IMG/VR virus record: IMGVR_UViG_3300043395_003109
Location: 1 to 61,155 of that record
Origin: a virus
Taxonomy: Duplodnaviria > Caudoviricetes
Direction: 5' to 3' (one strand)
Length of the DNA: 61,155 nucleotides
Shown: piece after piece, positions 47,040-58,603 of the stretch
Layout of the letters: every line of letters starts with the position of its first letter
How positions within the stretch are numbered: position 1 is the stretch's first letter
Notes under the pieces: generated by a model
Told to the model about the DNA's origin: nothing
Seen by the model: the letters and a program-made list of their open reading frames with translations, nothing else
Database searches by the model: none
Position numbers and translations under genes: made by a program

Positions 47040-50000
47040 ATGCCACAGGAAACTAATCTCAACGTCTCTCCATATTTTGATGATTTTGATCCAAATAAAG
47101 ACTACTATAAAGTCTTATTTAAACCTGGATATCCTATTCAGGCAAGAGAATTAACAACTTTACAGTCTATTCTCCAAAATCAAGTTGAACAATTTGGAAA
47201 TCATATTTTCAAAGAGGGATCTGTTGTAATTCCTGGACAACTTTCTCTTGATAATCCTTTTTATGCGGTAGAAATTGAATCTACCTTCAATGGAGCACCA
47301 ATTTCTTTATATTTTGATCAACTTCTTGGAACAACTTTAAGGGGAGCAACAAGCGGAGTTTCTGCTAGAGTAGTATATCTTCTTAATAATTTAGAATCTG
47401 AAAGAGGAAACTATACTCTATATCTCCAATATCTGGAAAGTGGTGGAGCAGATTTTACTAATAAAGTTTTTAATGATGGAGAAACTTTAATTGCAGAAAA
47501 AGAAGTTTCCTATGGAAACTTTACTATACAGATTGGTCAAGGAGTATGTAATACAATCTCCACAAGTGCAACTTCAGATGGATCTTCAGTAAAAGTTGCA
47601 AGTGGTATTTATTTCGTAAGAGGAGCATTTGTCAGAGTTCGTGAACAAAGAATTCTTCTCGATCAATATGGAGTTACTCCTTCCTATAAGGTTGGTTTCA
47701 ATATTATAGAAAGTATTGTAACATCAGATGAAGATGAATCTTTATTCGATAATGCACAAGGATTTTCAAACTATGCAGCTCCTGGTGCTGATAGATTTAA
47801 AATCGAACTAGAGTTATCTAAAAAAGAAATTGATGAAGACGTAGATAATTTTGTAGAGATACTTAGAGTTCTGAATGGAACACCTCAGTTCTTTAATAAG
47901 AACCCCCAATATAGTTTAATTAGGGATGAACTTGCAAGAAGAACTGCAGAAACTAATGGAGATTACTACGTAAAACCATTTACTCTATTTGTTCAGGACA
48001 GTTTGAATGATAAAGTATTAAATAATGGTATCTATTTTGAAGGTCAAACAACAGTAAATGGAGATACGCCATCTGAAGACAAGATGGTTTATCAAATTGG
48101 ACCAGGAAAAGCATATGTAAATGGGTACGATGTTGAAAGTATTGCACCAAAACTTTTAGATGTTACAAAACCAAGAACCACAAAAACACTAAACAATCAG
48201 ATACTTCCATACAATGCAGGAAATCTTTTTGTAGTTAATAATACATACGGATCAGCACCTATTGGTCTTGGGACTACATCATATGTAAGTTTAATTGATT
48301 CGAGAATTGGTGATACTCCACACGTAGCGACTGGGACAACAATTGGTGTTGCTAGAGTTTATGATTTTGTTCCAGAGTCCAACTATGTTAATGATACAAG
48401 TAGATCGTTTTTAAGGTTATATGATATTCAAACGTTTACAAATATTGGATTAACTACATCAATTACACAATCACTTCCAGCATTTATCCAAGGTAAAAAG
48501 AGCAATGCCAGTGGATATTTAAGAACCGCAGTTACTGGTTCTTCATCTTTAACTTTATATCAAGTCTCTGGAAGGTTTTTAGAAAATGAAGCAATTACAA
48601 TTAATGGAATTGATAATGGAAGACTGATTAAAACCACAAGAGATTACACCATCTCTGATATAAAATCAGTGTATTCGCAGGTTGGAGTATCAACTTTTAA
48701 TGCCGATTTAGTTTTAGATTCGAGAACTTTAATTGCACCTCAAGGAACAACATTTTTTATCAGTATAAATTCTGGTGGAATTAGTACAGTATCTTCTGGA
48801 CTTGGTACTAACTTTATTAATAAAATTTCTGCCGGTGATATTATTTCATATCCCAATCCAAATCTAGGATTTGATGTAGTATACAATAAAGTAAATTCAG
48901 TTAGTGTAGGTGGTACTAATTTTACGATATCTGCACTTTCAACAGTTTCTGGAATTTGTTCTGGCAATCTACCAACTTCTGCAGTTACGGTTACAAACAT
49001 AGTTAAACTTTCTGCATCATCTTACGGACAAGATACTTCTCTTCTTACTAGATTAAACAGAGAGAATATTTCTTCAGTATCACTAGAAGATAATGAAATA
49101 GTTCAGAGAAGATTTTTCCCCAATGTCTCATTCTCAGGAAATAGTATAACACTCACTATCCCTGTTTCCGATGCAGATATTTACTTTGATTCTTTTGATG
49201 AAGATAGATTTGTTATTACTTACTCTAATGGATCCGTAGAACCACTCCGAAGAGACAAATATAATATTGATGTCACCGGAAAAGTATTAACTTTTAACGG
49301 TTTAAATACTCCAACCTCTACTGGAGTTGCTGATGTAATTGCAACTGTAAGAAATCTTAAACCAAATTCAAAGATTAAAAAGTTAAGTAAAGCAACCACA
49401 TTAGTTGTAAGTAATTCAAAGTTAACATCATCCGGAATTGGAACTACTACTTTAAATGATGGACTAACTTATAGTCAAGTTTATGGAACAAGAGTTCAAG
49501 ATAACGAGATATCATTGAACGTTCCTGATGTTTTAAATGTTCTGGCAGTTTATGAATCATCAACTACTTCAGATCCCTCTCTACCAAATCTAAAACTTAC
49601 ATCATTCACCGGACCAACTAATAATAATCAGGATTTTATTATTGGTGAACAAGTTATTGGACAAACTTCCGGAGCGGTTGGACTTGTTGTTAATCGTATT
49701 TCAACAGATACGATTGAATACGTTTATCTGAACCTAAATCAATTTATAGAAGGTGAAGTTGTAAGAGGCAAAGATTCAATAACTCAAGCATTAATAACTG
49801 AAAAAGGATTAGGCGATAAAAATGTAACTCAAAACTTTACTCTTGATGATGGTCAAAGAAACCAATACTATGATTATGGTAGAATAATAAGAAAGAAAAA
49901 TGTTCTAGAACCGTCTAGAAAACTCAAAATTGTTTTCCAAAATTATACAATCGATTCAAGTGATACTGGAGAATTTATTACAGCAAATAGTTATCTAAAT

Positions 50001-53000
50001 TCCAACTTCAAGACAGAAGTTCCTTATATTAACGGAAGAAGGGTTTCTGATTTTATTGATATTCGTCCAAGAGTTGCTCCATATACTACATCTACAAAAT
50101 CTCCTTTTGAGTTTGAATCTCGTATTTTTACAAATGCTGGTCAGTATTCGCAATATACTCTTGCTCCAGATGAAAATATTGTTCTAAACTATTCCTATTA
50201 TGTTGGAAGAGTTGATAAAGTTTTCTTAAATCAAGATGGAACTTTTGAAGTTGTTTCCGGTGAGCCCGATGACTATCCAAAACCACCTACAGTAAAAGAC
50301 AACTCTTTTCAAATTGCTACTATAACTCTTCCACCATATCTTTACAATCCCAAAAATGCGATTGTAAATATGGCACAACACAAGAGATATCGAATGTCTG
50401 ATATTTCTTTACTTGAAGATAGAATTCAAAGAGTTGAAGAATTTACAACACTTACTGCATTAGAGTCAAAAACTGAAAACTTTACAATTAAAGATGCAGA
50501 AACTGGTCTTGATAGATTTAAGTGTGGCTTCTTTGTTGATGACTTTAAGACTCACATTTATCACGATCTTCAAAATCCAAGCTTTAAATCTTGTATTGAT
50601 AAAGATAGAAAACTTTTAAGGCCTTTACATTATACTACTTCTTTAGATCTTCAACTTGGTTCAGAAGCGATTTCTGGAGTTGGTCAAACATTCTCCCCAA
50701 ATGTAGATCAAAGTTACGTAACAGATTTGGGTTCTCCAGGAGTTAGAAAAACTGGAGATTTGATTACCCTTGATTATACTGAAGTAATGTATGATCAACA
50801 ACTTTTGGCAACAAAGACTGAAAGCGTAACTGCATTCTTGGTTAGATATTGGAGTGGACTGCTTCAATTAAATCCACCAATTGATACTTGGATCGATGAA
50901 AAAGCAATTACTACCACAAGTTTTAATGAAATTAAAACTACAGTAGATCCTCTCCCCGACCAAAATATTACTATTGTTAATAATGTAACTGATAATAAAA
51001 CTGTTTATACAAATCCACCTATTGCACAGGTTGGAGATCAACCATTTGATTGGTTAGGTGCTGCTCGTAATGCTATTGCAACTATTGTAGAAAGAGGAAG
51101 TGTTAGAGGTGGGACAGGGATACGCGACCTGGCAGGTTCCAGTGCATCTATAAATGCAACAGTCATTGGAAGGGGTGGTAATGCAAATGAAATAAGAACA
51201 ATCGAAATTGTTAATGGAGGAACTATCAGAATTAATGGACTTCATTGGAGTGGAGCCGCTGATAGGCAACTACTAGAAAGATACGTTCCTGCTGACGTTG
51301 CAGAACAATTCTTAACAAGAATGAATGGTAGGGGTGGTAATTTAGACTTTACTCCTGGCGGCATGGTTGAAACAAGAAACACTACAACTACTACGACATC
51401 TGCTAGCAATACCACAACAACATTTACACCTCAACAAATTATTCAAAAGGATACTACATCAGAATCTTTATCCCACTACACTCAACCAGTAAGATACCTA
51501 AGAAGTAGAAATATTGAATTTGATGCAAGAGGATTAAAACCACGCACTAGATTCTATAGTTTCTTCCAAGGTATTGATGTTAAGGATTATATTATTCCAA
51601 AACTTCTTGAAGTTCAAATGATTTCGGGTAAGTTCCAAATTGGAGAAACTGTTGAAAGTGATCCTCATTTTACCTCTGCACAAATAAAATTTAGACTCTG
51701 CAAACCAAATCATAAAACAGGACCTTTCAATAGTGATGGTACTCCTATTATTGCAGCAGTTTTAAATCCAGATGGTACTATAAGGACTATTCCTCCAGAT
51801 ATCTTTACGTTGAATCCATATAATCAACAACCAATGCCTAATGATTATAGTGAGTCTTCAACATTCTTAAATGTGGATACAAGATCATTAGAACTTCCAT
51901 CAGAAGTTGCATATTATGGACAAATTGCACCAAATATGAGACTTATTGGAAAAACTTCAGGTGCTGTTGCAAGAATCTCTAACATTCGATTGCTCTCCGA
52001 TAATAATGGAAGATTATTGGGATCTTTGTTTGTTCCAGATCCAGGTACAGTAGGTAATCCAAAATGGATTAATGGGGAAAATACATTTACTTTAATTGAT
52101 ACGGAAAAACTTGAAAATATTAAATTAACTGAATTTATTGCAAACTCTAGAATTAATGAAAGTAGTGCGGAGGCACCATTTACTTCACGCGGAATTGTTA
52201 ATATTGCAGAGACTAATATTCTAACAACGAGAAATATTACAATTATTCCACCACAAAAAATTAATACCACAACAATTACAAATACTACAACAAATATAAC
52301 TACAATTACACAGACTGCTCAACCGGGAGCAGTAACAATAGGACAACCTCACGACCCATTAGCACAATCATTCTATGTTTTTGAAGATACTGGCATATTC
52401 TTAACTTCGGTTGATATATGGTTTGAAACAAAAGATCCTGATAATATGCCCGTTACTCTCCAAATTAGACCATTGATTGCTGGTGTTCCAAGTAATATTG
52501 TTGTTCCATTTTCCGAAGTTACTCTGACTCCAGATCAAATCAATCTATCCGTTGATGGTACTGTTCCAACTAAGTTTATTTTCCCATCACCGGTATTTTT
52601 AACTGGACCAAAGCAACAAACAGTCCGTCAAGCACCAATTGCAAGTCAAACACAAGCAGAATATGCAATTGTTTTACTCTCCGACAGCCCAAATTTCAGA
52701 GTATTTGTAACTGAACTTGGCCAAAATGACATTCTTTCTGGAGTAAAAGTATCAAGACAACCAACATTAGGAAGTCTCTTTAAGTCACAAAACGGAACTG
52801 TTTGGTCTCCAGCGCAACTTGAAGATCTCAAGTATAGAATTAATAGAGCAAACTTTGTAAATGAAGGTTTGGTTAGATTCTTTAATCCAAAACTATCTCT
52901 TGGAAACAAAAAAGTTTCTGTAACAGGTCCTAATCAAATTCAAACTATTTCTAAGAGAATTGTTGTTGGACTTGGATCAACTGGATATGATCCAAACCTT

Positions 53001-54881
53001 ATTATTCCGGGGGTCACAATTAAGCAAGGATCTTCATCATCAACTCTAATTGGTATTGCTGGAAGTATTACTATTGGTACTGGTGTTACTATAACAAATG
53101 CTGGTGTTGGATATACTCCAGCTTCTGGATCATTGACATATTCTAATATTGATTTAACTACAGAAACTGGATATGGTCAGGGGGCAAAAGCAAGTGTAAC
53201 TGTAAATAATGGTTCAATCAATACAGTCAATATTACATCTGGAGGAACTGGATATCAAGTTGGAGATTCTCTATTGATTCCAAATATCGGACAAAATGTT
53301 GGATTTGGTGGAAGAGTTGTTGTCTCCACAATTGCATCAAATAATACATTTGTTCTTGATAATGTTCAAGGGTCTTTCTCTGCAGGAATCAATACAATTA
53401 GTTATGTTAACTCCTCCGGTGTTACAACTTATGTTGGTACTGCTGTAACAATTTCTAGTATTGCAGCAGATCAATATTATACAGGCACGCATCTTAAGAT
53501 TTATCAGCAAAATCATGGTATGCATTCATCTGAAAATTATGTAAAGATCAGTGAGATGCGACCAACTAACAGTGAAGTAAATTCTAGAACTACATCTGCG
53601 ATTACTTCCACAGAAGTCAATTCAATTCCTGTTGTTTCTGGAGTAGGATTTACTAACTTTGAAGGAGTTGCTGTAAGTGCTTCAAATCCAGGTTATATAA
53701 TCATTGGAAATGAAGTTATTAAGTATACTGGTGTTTCTGGCAATTCTCTCACTACTCTAACAAGAGCAATTGATGACACTCAAGCAATTGCATATGATTC
53801 TGGTGTTTATGTTTATAAGTATCAATTCAATGGTGTATCTCTAAGAAGAATTAATAAAGTACATAATTTTGCTGAGGTTGCTGATACTACAATTCATCCA
53901 ATTGATCTTGATAGTTATTACATCAAGATTGATATGGATTCTACTGATTTTGAAGGAACTGGAATTGGATCGGATAGAACTAATGATCTTTATTTTAATT
54001 CAACAATTCAAACGGGTAATTCTGGTACAGTAATTACCAATAATATTCAATATGAATCAATCACACCAAATATTGCAAATATTACTCCAGCAAAAACTAA
54101 TTTAACTGCAAGAATTAGAACTTTTACTGGAACCAGTATTGGTGGAAATGAAAAGTCATTTATTGATCGCGGATTCGAATCAATTTCTCTTGCAGATACA
54201 ACGTACTTCACTGAACCTAAACTTATTTGTTCTGATGTCAATGAAGAAAGATTCATTACTGAAAGTCCAGGAAATCGCTCATTGACAATGGAATTCTTGA
54301 TGACTTCATCGGATTCAAGAGTTTCGCCCGTGATTGATACTATTTGCACTTCAGTAATTACAACTTCTAACTTAATTAATAACCCAGTTGGAATTCAAAC
54401 AGCATCTCTCTATGCAGATGACGATACTGTCAGAAGTCTTTATTTTGATAATCATAATGCAATTTACATTTCAAAACCAGTTAGACTAAAACTTCCTGCT
54501 AACTCTCTGAAAGTTCTTCTCACTGCAAGTAGAAATGATTCTAATGATATTAGGGTTCTTTATAGAATATTCAGAGATGATGCTCCAGATTCTTCTCAAA
54601 ATTATGAATTGTTCCCTGGATACTCTAATTACAGAACAGATGGATTTGGAATTAAGAGAGTTATAGATTCTTCAAAAAATGATGGTTCTGCAGATTCTAT
54701 GGTAAAAGAAACTTCTGATAGATCATTTAAAGATTATGAATATAGTATCGATGATCTTCCAAGTTTCAATGCGTTTTCAATTAAAATTGTAATGGCAGGA
54801 ACTAATCAAGCAACTCCTCCACTAATTTCTGATTTGAGAGCAATTGCCACAATAAAACCCGAAGCACCTAAACCATTATAA
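47040..54881 (+). CDS. large virion structural protein, VrlC/DUF4815-like
   Basis: 2613 aa; NLNVSPYFDDFD...QARELTTLQSILQNQ; APGADR; DPLAQSF. Confidence 0.8.
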   Translation: MPQETNLNVSPYFDDFDPNKDYYKVLFKPGYPIQARELTTLQSILQNQVEQFGNHIFKEGSVVIPGQLSLDNPFYAVEIESTFNGAPISLYFDQLLGTTLRGATSGVSARVVYLLNNLESERGNYTLYLQYLESGGADFTNKVFNDGETLIAEKEVSYGNFTIQIGQGVCNTISTSATSDGSSVKVASGIYFVRGAFVRVREQRILLDQYGVTPSYKVGFNIIESIVTSDEDESLFDNAQGFSNYAAPGADRFKIELELSKKEIDEDVDNFVEILRVLNGTPQFFNKNPQYSLIRDELARRTAETNGDYYVKPFTLFVQDSLNDKVLNNGIYFEGQTTVNGDTPSEDKMVYQIGPGKAYVNGYDVESIAPKLLDVTKPRTTKTLNNQILPYNAGNLFVVNNTYGSAPIGLGTTSYVSLIDSRIGDTPHVATGTTIGVARVYDFVPESNYVNDTSRSFLRLYDIQTFTNIGLTTSITQSLPAFIQGKKSNASGYLRTAVTGSSSLTLYQVSGRFLENEAITINGIDNGRLIKTTRDYTISDIKSVYSQVGVSTFNADLVLDSRTLIAPQGTTFFISINSGGISTVSSGLGTNFINKISAGDIISYPNPNLGFDVVYNKVNSVSVGGTNFTISALSTVSGICSGNLPTSAVTVTNIVKLSASSYGQDTSLLTRLNRENISSVSLEDNEIVQRRFFPNVSFSGNSITLTIPVSDADIYFDSFDEDRFVITYSNGSVEPLRRDKYNIDVTGKVLTFNGLNTPTSTGVADVIATVRNLKPNSKIKKLSKATTLVVSNSKLTSSGIGTTTLNDGLTYSQVYGTRVQDNEISLNVPDVLNVLAVYESSTTSDPSLPNLKLTSFTGPTNNNQDFIIGEQVIGQTSGAVGLVVNRISTDTIEYVYLNLNQFIEGEVVRGKDSITQALITEKGLGDKNVTQNFTLDDGQRNQYYDYGRIIRKKNVLEPSRKLKIVFQNYTIDSSDTGEFITANSYLNSNFKTEVPYINGRRVSDFIDIRPRVAPYTTSTKSPFEFESRIFTNAGQYSQYTLAPDENIVLNYSYYVGRVDKVFLNQDGTFEVVSGEPDDYPKPPTVKDNSFQIATITLPPYLYNPKNAIVNMAQHKRYRMSDISLLEDRIQRVEEFTTLTALESKTENFTIKDAETGLDRFKCGFFVDDFKTHIYHDLQNPSFKSCIDKDRKLLRPLHYTTSLDLQLGSEAISGVGQTFSPNVDQSYVTDLGSPGVRKTGDLITLDYTEVMYDQQLLATKTESVTAFLVRYWSGLLQLNPPIDTWIDEKAITTTSFNEIKTTVDPLPDQNITIVNNVTDNKTVYTNPPIAQVGDQPFDWLGAARNAIATIVERGSVRGGTGIRDLAGSSASINATVIGRGGNANEIRTIEIVNGGTIRINGLHWSGAADRQLLERYVPADVAEQFLTRMNGRGGNLDFTPGGMVETRNTTTTTTSASNTTTTFTPQQIIQKDTTSESLSHYTQPVRYLRSRNIEFDARGLKPRTRFYSFFQGIDVKDYIIPKLLEVQMISGKFQIGETVESDPHFTSAQIKFRLCKPNHKTGPFNSDGTPIIAAVLNPDGTIRTIPPDIFTLNPYNQQPMPNDYSESSTFLNVDTRSLELPSEVAYYGQIAPNMRLIGKTSGAVARISNIRLLSDNNGRLLGSLFVPDPGTVGNPKWINGENTFTLIDTEKLENIKLTEFIANSRINESSAEAPFTSRGIVNIAETNILTTRNITIIPPQKINTTTITNTTTNITTITQTAQPGAVTIGQPHDPLAQSFYVFEDTGIFLTSVDIWFETKDPDNMPVTLQIRPLIAGVPSNIVVPFSEVTLTPDQINLSVDGTVPTKFIFPSPVFLTGPKQQTVRQAPIASQTQAEYAIVLLSDSPNFRVFVTELGQNDILSGVKVSRQPTLGSLFKSQNGTVWSPAQLEDLKYRINRANFVNEGLVRFFNPKLSLGNKKVSVTGPNQIQTISKRIVVGLGSTGYDPNLIIPGVTIKQGSSSSTLIGIAGSITIGTGVTITNAGVGYTPASGSLTYSNIDLTTETGYGQGAKASVTVNNGSINTVNITSGGTGYQVGDSLLIPNIGQNVGFGGRVVVSTIASNNTFVLDNVQGSFSAGINTISYVNSSGVTTYVGTAVTISSIAADQYYTGTHLKIYQQNHGMHSSENYVKISEMRPTNSEVNSRTTSAITSTEVNSIPVVSGVGFTNFEGVAVSASNPGYIIIGNEVIKYTGVSGNSLTTLTRAIDDTQAIAYDSGVYVYKYQFNGVSLRRINKVHNFAEVADTTIHPIDLDSYYIKIDMDSTDFEGTGIGSDRTNDLYFNSTIQTGNSGTVITNNIQYESITPNIANITPAKTNLTARIRTFTGTSIGGNEKSFIDRGFESISLADTTYFTEPKLICSDVNEERFITESPGNRSLTMEFLMTSSDSRVSPVIDTICTSVITTSNLINNPVGIQTASLYADDDTVRSLYFDNHNAIYISKPVRLKLPANSLKVLLTASRNDSNDIRVLYRIFRDDAPDSSQNYELFPGYSNYRTDGFGIKRVIDSSKNDGSADSMVKETSDRSFKDYEYSIDDLPSFNAFSIKIVMAGTNQATPPLISDLRAIATIKPEAPKPL

Positions 54882-54886
54882 TATTC

Positions 54887-55111
54887 ATGGAATACATTAA
54901 AGTAAAGGATAAAGATCATCTTGAAAGAGACACTTACTCTCATGGAATTGTAAGCACGGATGTTGATAGTTACAATGCTTACATTCAAAGTTATAAAAAA
55001 GCGTATAATGAATCACAGAGAATAAAAAATCTAGAAAGTGACGTAAGTGAAATGAAAAATGATTTGAATGAAATTAAAAACTTATTGAGGAATTTAGCAA
55101 ATGGATCCTGA
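54887..55111 (+). CDS. conserved small coiled-coil protein
   Basis: 74 aa, upstream of gp13. Confidence 0.75.
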   Translation: MEYIKVKDKDHLERDTYSHGIVSTDVDSYNAYIQSYKKAYNESQRIKNLESDVSEMKNDLNEIKNLLRNLANGS

Positions 55112-55271
55112 TAAAATATCTCTAGAAAATATGAGTAAACTATTTGAATATGAAAAACTTTCTAGAGATATAGATAGTATAGAAGATATTGAAACTTTGA
55201 GAAATCTAGCAAAATCTTATATTAAACTATACTTTAAACAACAAGAAGTAGTTGCAGGTTTTAAAATCTAA
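55101..55271 (+). CDS. small helical protein, possibly NblA-like
   Basis: 56 aa, not in track: MDPDKISLENMSKLFEYEKLSRDIDSIEDIETLRNLAKSYIKLYFKQQEVVAGFKI; TAATG-coupled to gp13. Confidence 0.45.
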   Translation: MDPDKISLENMSKLFEYEKLSRDIDSIEDIETLRNLAKSYIKLYFKQQEVVAGFKI

Positions 55272-56125
55272 TGGCACAACCATCCACTCGACAAGAACTT
55301 ATTAATTACTGCAAAAGAAAACTAGGAGCTCCTGTTCTAGAAATTAACGTTGCAGATGAACAAATTGAAGATTTAGTGGATGATGCCGTTCAGTTTTTTC
55401 AAGAAAGGCATTTTGATGGAGTATATCCAACTTTTTATAAGTATAAGGTAACCCAGGCAGATATTGATAGAGGAAGAGCAGGAACTGCAAGTAATGCAGT
55501 TAGTTCTGTAGGTATTGCAACTACTTCAGCGACAGCAAATATAGTCGGAACTGCCACGACTTTTTCATACTATGAAAATAGTAATTATCTACAAATGCCT
55601 CCAAATATTATTGGAGTAAACAAAATTTTTATTTTTGATGGTGCAAATACTATTACACATAATATGTTCAGTGTAAAGTATCAATTATTCTTGAATGATA
55701 TCTATTACTGGGGAACAACAGAACTTCTAAGTTATGCAATGGTTAAGACATATCTAGAAGACCTGGATTTTCTCCTGAATACACAGAAACAAATAAGATT
55801 TAATAAGAGACAGGATAGGTTGTATTTAGATATTGATTGGGGATCTGTAAGGGAAAATCAGTTCTTTATTATTGATTGTTATTCAACCCTTGATCCCAAT
55901 GATTATTCAAGAGTTTGGAATGATTCTTTCTTAAAACCATATCTAACTTCCCTCATTAAGAGGCAGTGGGGTCAAAATATGATGAAATTTACTGGGGTTA
56001 AACTTCCAGGTGGTGTCGAATTGAATGGCAGACAAATGTATGACGATGCTCAGAGGGAAATTGATATTCTAATGGAAAAAATGTCTAGCACTTACGAACT
56101 TCCACCTCTGGATATGATAGGTTAA
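55271..56125 (+). CDS. gp13: neck protein gp13
   Basis: YCKRKLGAPVLEINV...ERHFDG...KRQWGQN...LPGGVELNG. Confidence 0.93.
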   Translation: MAQPSTRQELINYCKRKLGAPVLEINVADEQIEDLVDDAVQFFQERHFDGVYPTFYKYKVTQADIDRGRAGTASNAVSSVGIATTSATANIVGTATTFSYYENSNYLQMPPNIIGVNKIFIFDGANTITHNMFSVKYQLFLNDIYYWGTTELLSYAMVKTYLEDLDFLLNTQKQIRFNKRQDRLYLDIDWGSVRENQFFIIDCYSTLDPNDYSRVWNDSFLKPYLTSLIKRQWGQNMMKFTGVKLPGGVELNGRQMYDDAQREIDILMEKMSSTYELPPLDMIG

Positions 56126-56129
56126 TCAT

Positions 56130-57542
56130 ATGCTTAATCCATTCTTTCTTCAAGGTTCTAAAACAGAGCAAGGTCTCATTCAAGATCTTATTAATGAACA
56201 GTTGAGGATGTATGGCGTTGAAGTTCATTATTTACCAAGACAGTTTATCACAGAAAAAACAGTCATAAGAGAAGTTATCGAATCTGAATTCAATAATGCA
56301 TATCCTATTGAAGCATATGTAGACACGTATGATGGTTACAGTGATAATCCAACTATTTTATCAAAGTTTGGAATTCAAGCACTCAATGAAATAACATTAA
56401 CTATTTCTAGAGAAAGATTCAAAAATTATATTTCACCTTTAGTTCAAGATCAACCAAATATAAAAGTATCATCAAGACCAAAAGAAGGAGATTTAATTTA
56501 TTTTCCTTTGGGTAAAAGGTTATTTGAGGTTAAGTATGTAGAACACGAAAAACCATTTTATCAACTTCAAGGATTATACACATATCAACTTAGGTGCGAA
56601 CTCTTCAGATATGAAGATGAAGTTATTGATACAAGTATTGACGAAATTGATGAACTTATTGGAGGAAATGACTCGACAGATTCTGATAAGGTTTCTGTTG
56701 GAAATATTGTAAACCTTACTATGGTTGGAGTTGGTTCTACTGCAACTGCATCTGTAACTATAGTAAATGGTGGAGTAAGATATATTACAGTAACAAATCG
56801 TGGTGGAGGATATACAAGCACACCAACAGTTGGAATTTCTTCTGCACCTTCTGGAGGAAAAACTGCAGATGCAATCGCTAAAATGATCAGTGGAATTGTT
56901 GCATGTAATTCAAACGTAAATCCAAAAGCACAATCTGTTCAGAGTGTTGAAATTGCAAATGCAGGTTATGGATATACTGTTGCACCATCTGTGAGATTTA
57001 TTGGTGGTGAGGGTAAAGGTGCGACAGGCATTGCATCAATTGGTAACGGTATAATTGGATCTATTACGGTTACAAATTCAGGATCAGGATATGTAGCGCC
57101 ACCTTCTATCATATTCACAGGAATATCTACAGTATCAGCAGCTGCGACAGCTGTTGTCTCTGCTGCAGGAACTATTACATCAATTAGAATTACAAATGCA
57201 GGACTAGGATACACTGTTGCCCCAACAATTACAATTGGAAATCCAGCACTTACTTCATCTGGAAATTTTGTATTTAATGAAACGGTGACAGGATCTCAAA
57301 GTGGAGTTACTGCAAGAGTTAAATCTTGGAATTCTATTACCAATGTTCTCCAAGTTTCTAATCTTACTGGAGAATTTAAAGTTGGAGAAAATATTGTAGG
57401 GTCTGCTTCAAGTGCTTCACATTATTTGAGATCCATTGACGTATTCCCAACTAGAGACGGATATGCGACAAATGATGAGATTGAAGAAGAAGCGGCCGAC
57501 ATTATTGATTTCGATGAATCAAATCCTTTTGGAATGCCGTAA
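56130..57542 (+). CDS. gp14: neck protein gp14
   Basis: EQGLIQDLINEQLRMYG...RPKEGDLIYFP...PFYQL...ESNPFG. Confidence 0.92.
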   Translation: MLNPFFLQGSKTEQGLIQDLINEQLRMYGVEVHYLPRQFITEKTVIREVIESEFNNAYPIEAYVDTYDGYSDNPTILSKFGIQALNEITLTISRERFKNYISPLVQDQPNIKVSSRPKEGDLIYFPLGKRLFEVKYVEHEKPFYQLQGLYTYQLRCELFRYEDEVIDTSIDEIDELIGGNDSTDSDKVSVGNIVNLTMVGVGSTATASVTIVNGGVRYITVTNRGGGYTSTPTVGISSAPSGGKTADAIAKMISGIVACNSNVNPKAQSVQSVEIANAGYGYTVAPSVRFIGGEGKGATGIASIGNGIIGSITVTNSGSGYVAPPSIIFTGISTVSAAATAVVSAAGTITSIRITNAGLGYTVAPTITIGNPALTSSGNFVFNETVTGSQSGVTARVKSWNSITNVLQVSNLTGEFKVGENIVGSASSASHYLRSIDVFPTRDGYATNDEIEEEAADIIDFDESNPFGMP

Positions 57543-57546
57543 ATCA

Positions 57547-57554
57547 TATAAATA
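57547..57554 (+). promoter_or_regulatory. T4-type late promoter
   Basis: TATAAATA upstream of gp15. Confidence 0.7.
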
Positions 57555-57599
57555 TTAGTTATTAATTTGATTAAATAGTAGTACTATAAAGTTAGAAGT

Positions 57600-58601
57600 A
57601 TGTTTGAATATTTTTATAACGAAATTTTAAGAAAAACTGTAATTGCTTTTGGATCATTATTCAATGAAATAAGTATCAAGCATACTAATAACTCTAATCA
57701 AACCGTTAGCGTTGTTAAGATTCCTCTTGCATATGGACCAACACAAAAGTTTCTTGCAAGATTAAATCAATCTCCAAATCTAAACAAACCAGTTCAAATT
57801 ACATTACCAAGAATGTCATTTGAATTTACTGGTTTAACTTATGATCCATCAAGAAAGTCAACAACTACTCAATATTTTACTACCAAGTCTGCAGTGGACG
57901 GGACAGAAACTAAAAAGGCATATCTCCCTGTCCCATACAATATGCAGTTTGAACTTAGTATTATGTCAAAATTGAACGACGATGCTCTTCAAATTGTGGA
58001 GCAAATTCTTCCATATTTTCAACCAGCATATACAATGACTGTAGATTTAGTTGATACTATTAATGAAAGGAGAGACATTCCCGTAATTCTTGAAAATATT
58101 ACAATGCAGGATGATTATGAAGGTGATTTTACTACAAGAAGAGTATTAATTTATACATTGAGATTTACCGCTAAGACTTATATTTTTGGCCCTATTTCTT
58201 CCGCATCGAAAGATATTATCAAAAAAGCAACTGTTGGATATATTGCTGGGGATCTTGCTTCATCACCAACTAGAGAGATTGTATATTCAGCAGAAACAAG
58301 AGCAATTCAAAATTACACCGGTATTATTGTCACTAATCTGACCAATGACATATCAACTACAGACACTTTAATTACTGTAAATGATGCAAGCACAATTTCT
58401 ACAAACACATACCTCGATTTGGAGGGTGAAGAAATTTATGTAATTTCAAAGTCAGAAAATGTTCTTAAAGTTGAAAGAGGTAAAGATAATACAAATATTA
58501 CTTCTCACTTAGCAGGTTCTCCAATAAAATCAATAACTGCGGCAGATGATGCACTTATTGAAGAAGGTGACGATTTTGGGTTTAGTGGATCTTATAGTTA
58601 A
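57600..58601 (+). CDS. gp15: tail sheath stabilizer/terminator gp15
   Basis: FGSLFN...PLAYGPTQKFL...LPRMSFE...QIVEQILPYFQP. Confidence 0.93.
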   Translation: MFEYFYNEILRKTVIAFGSLFNEISIKHTNNSNQTVSVVKIPLAYGPTQKFLARLNQSPNLNKPVQITLPRMSFEFTGLTYDPSRKSTTTQYFTTKSAVDGTETKKAYLPVPYNMQFELSIMSKLNDDALQIVEQILPYFQPAYTMTVDLVDTINERRDIPVILENITMQDDYEGDFTTRRVLIYTLRFTAKTYIFGPISSASKDIIKKATVGYIAGDLASSPTREIVYSAETRAIQNYTGIIVTNLTNDISTTDTLITVNDASTISTNTYLDLEGEEIYVISKSENVLKVERGKDNTNITSHLAGSPIKSITAADDALIEEGDDFGFSGSYS

Positions 58602-58603
58602 TT

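Noticed and set aside
33497-57542. GxGY / GIGT / GVGT repeats in structural proteins as a novel repeat system
   Set aside because: Degenerate protein-level beta repeats common in cyanomyophage structural proteins; no DNA-level tandem array seen
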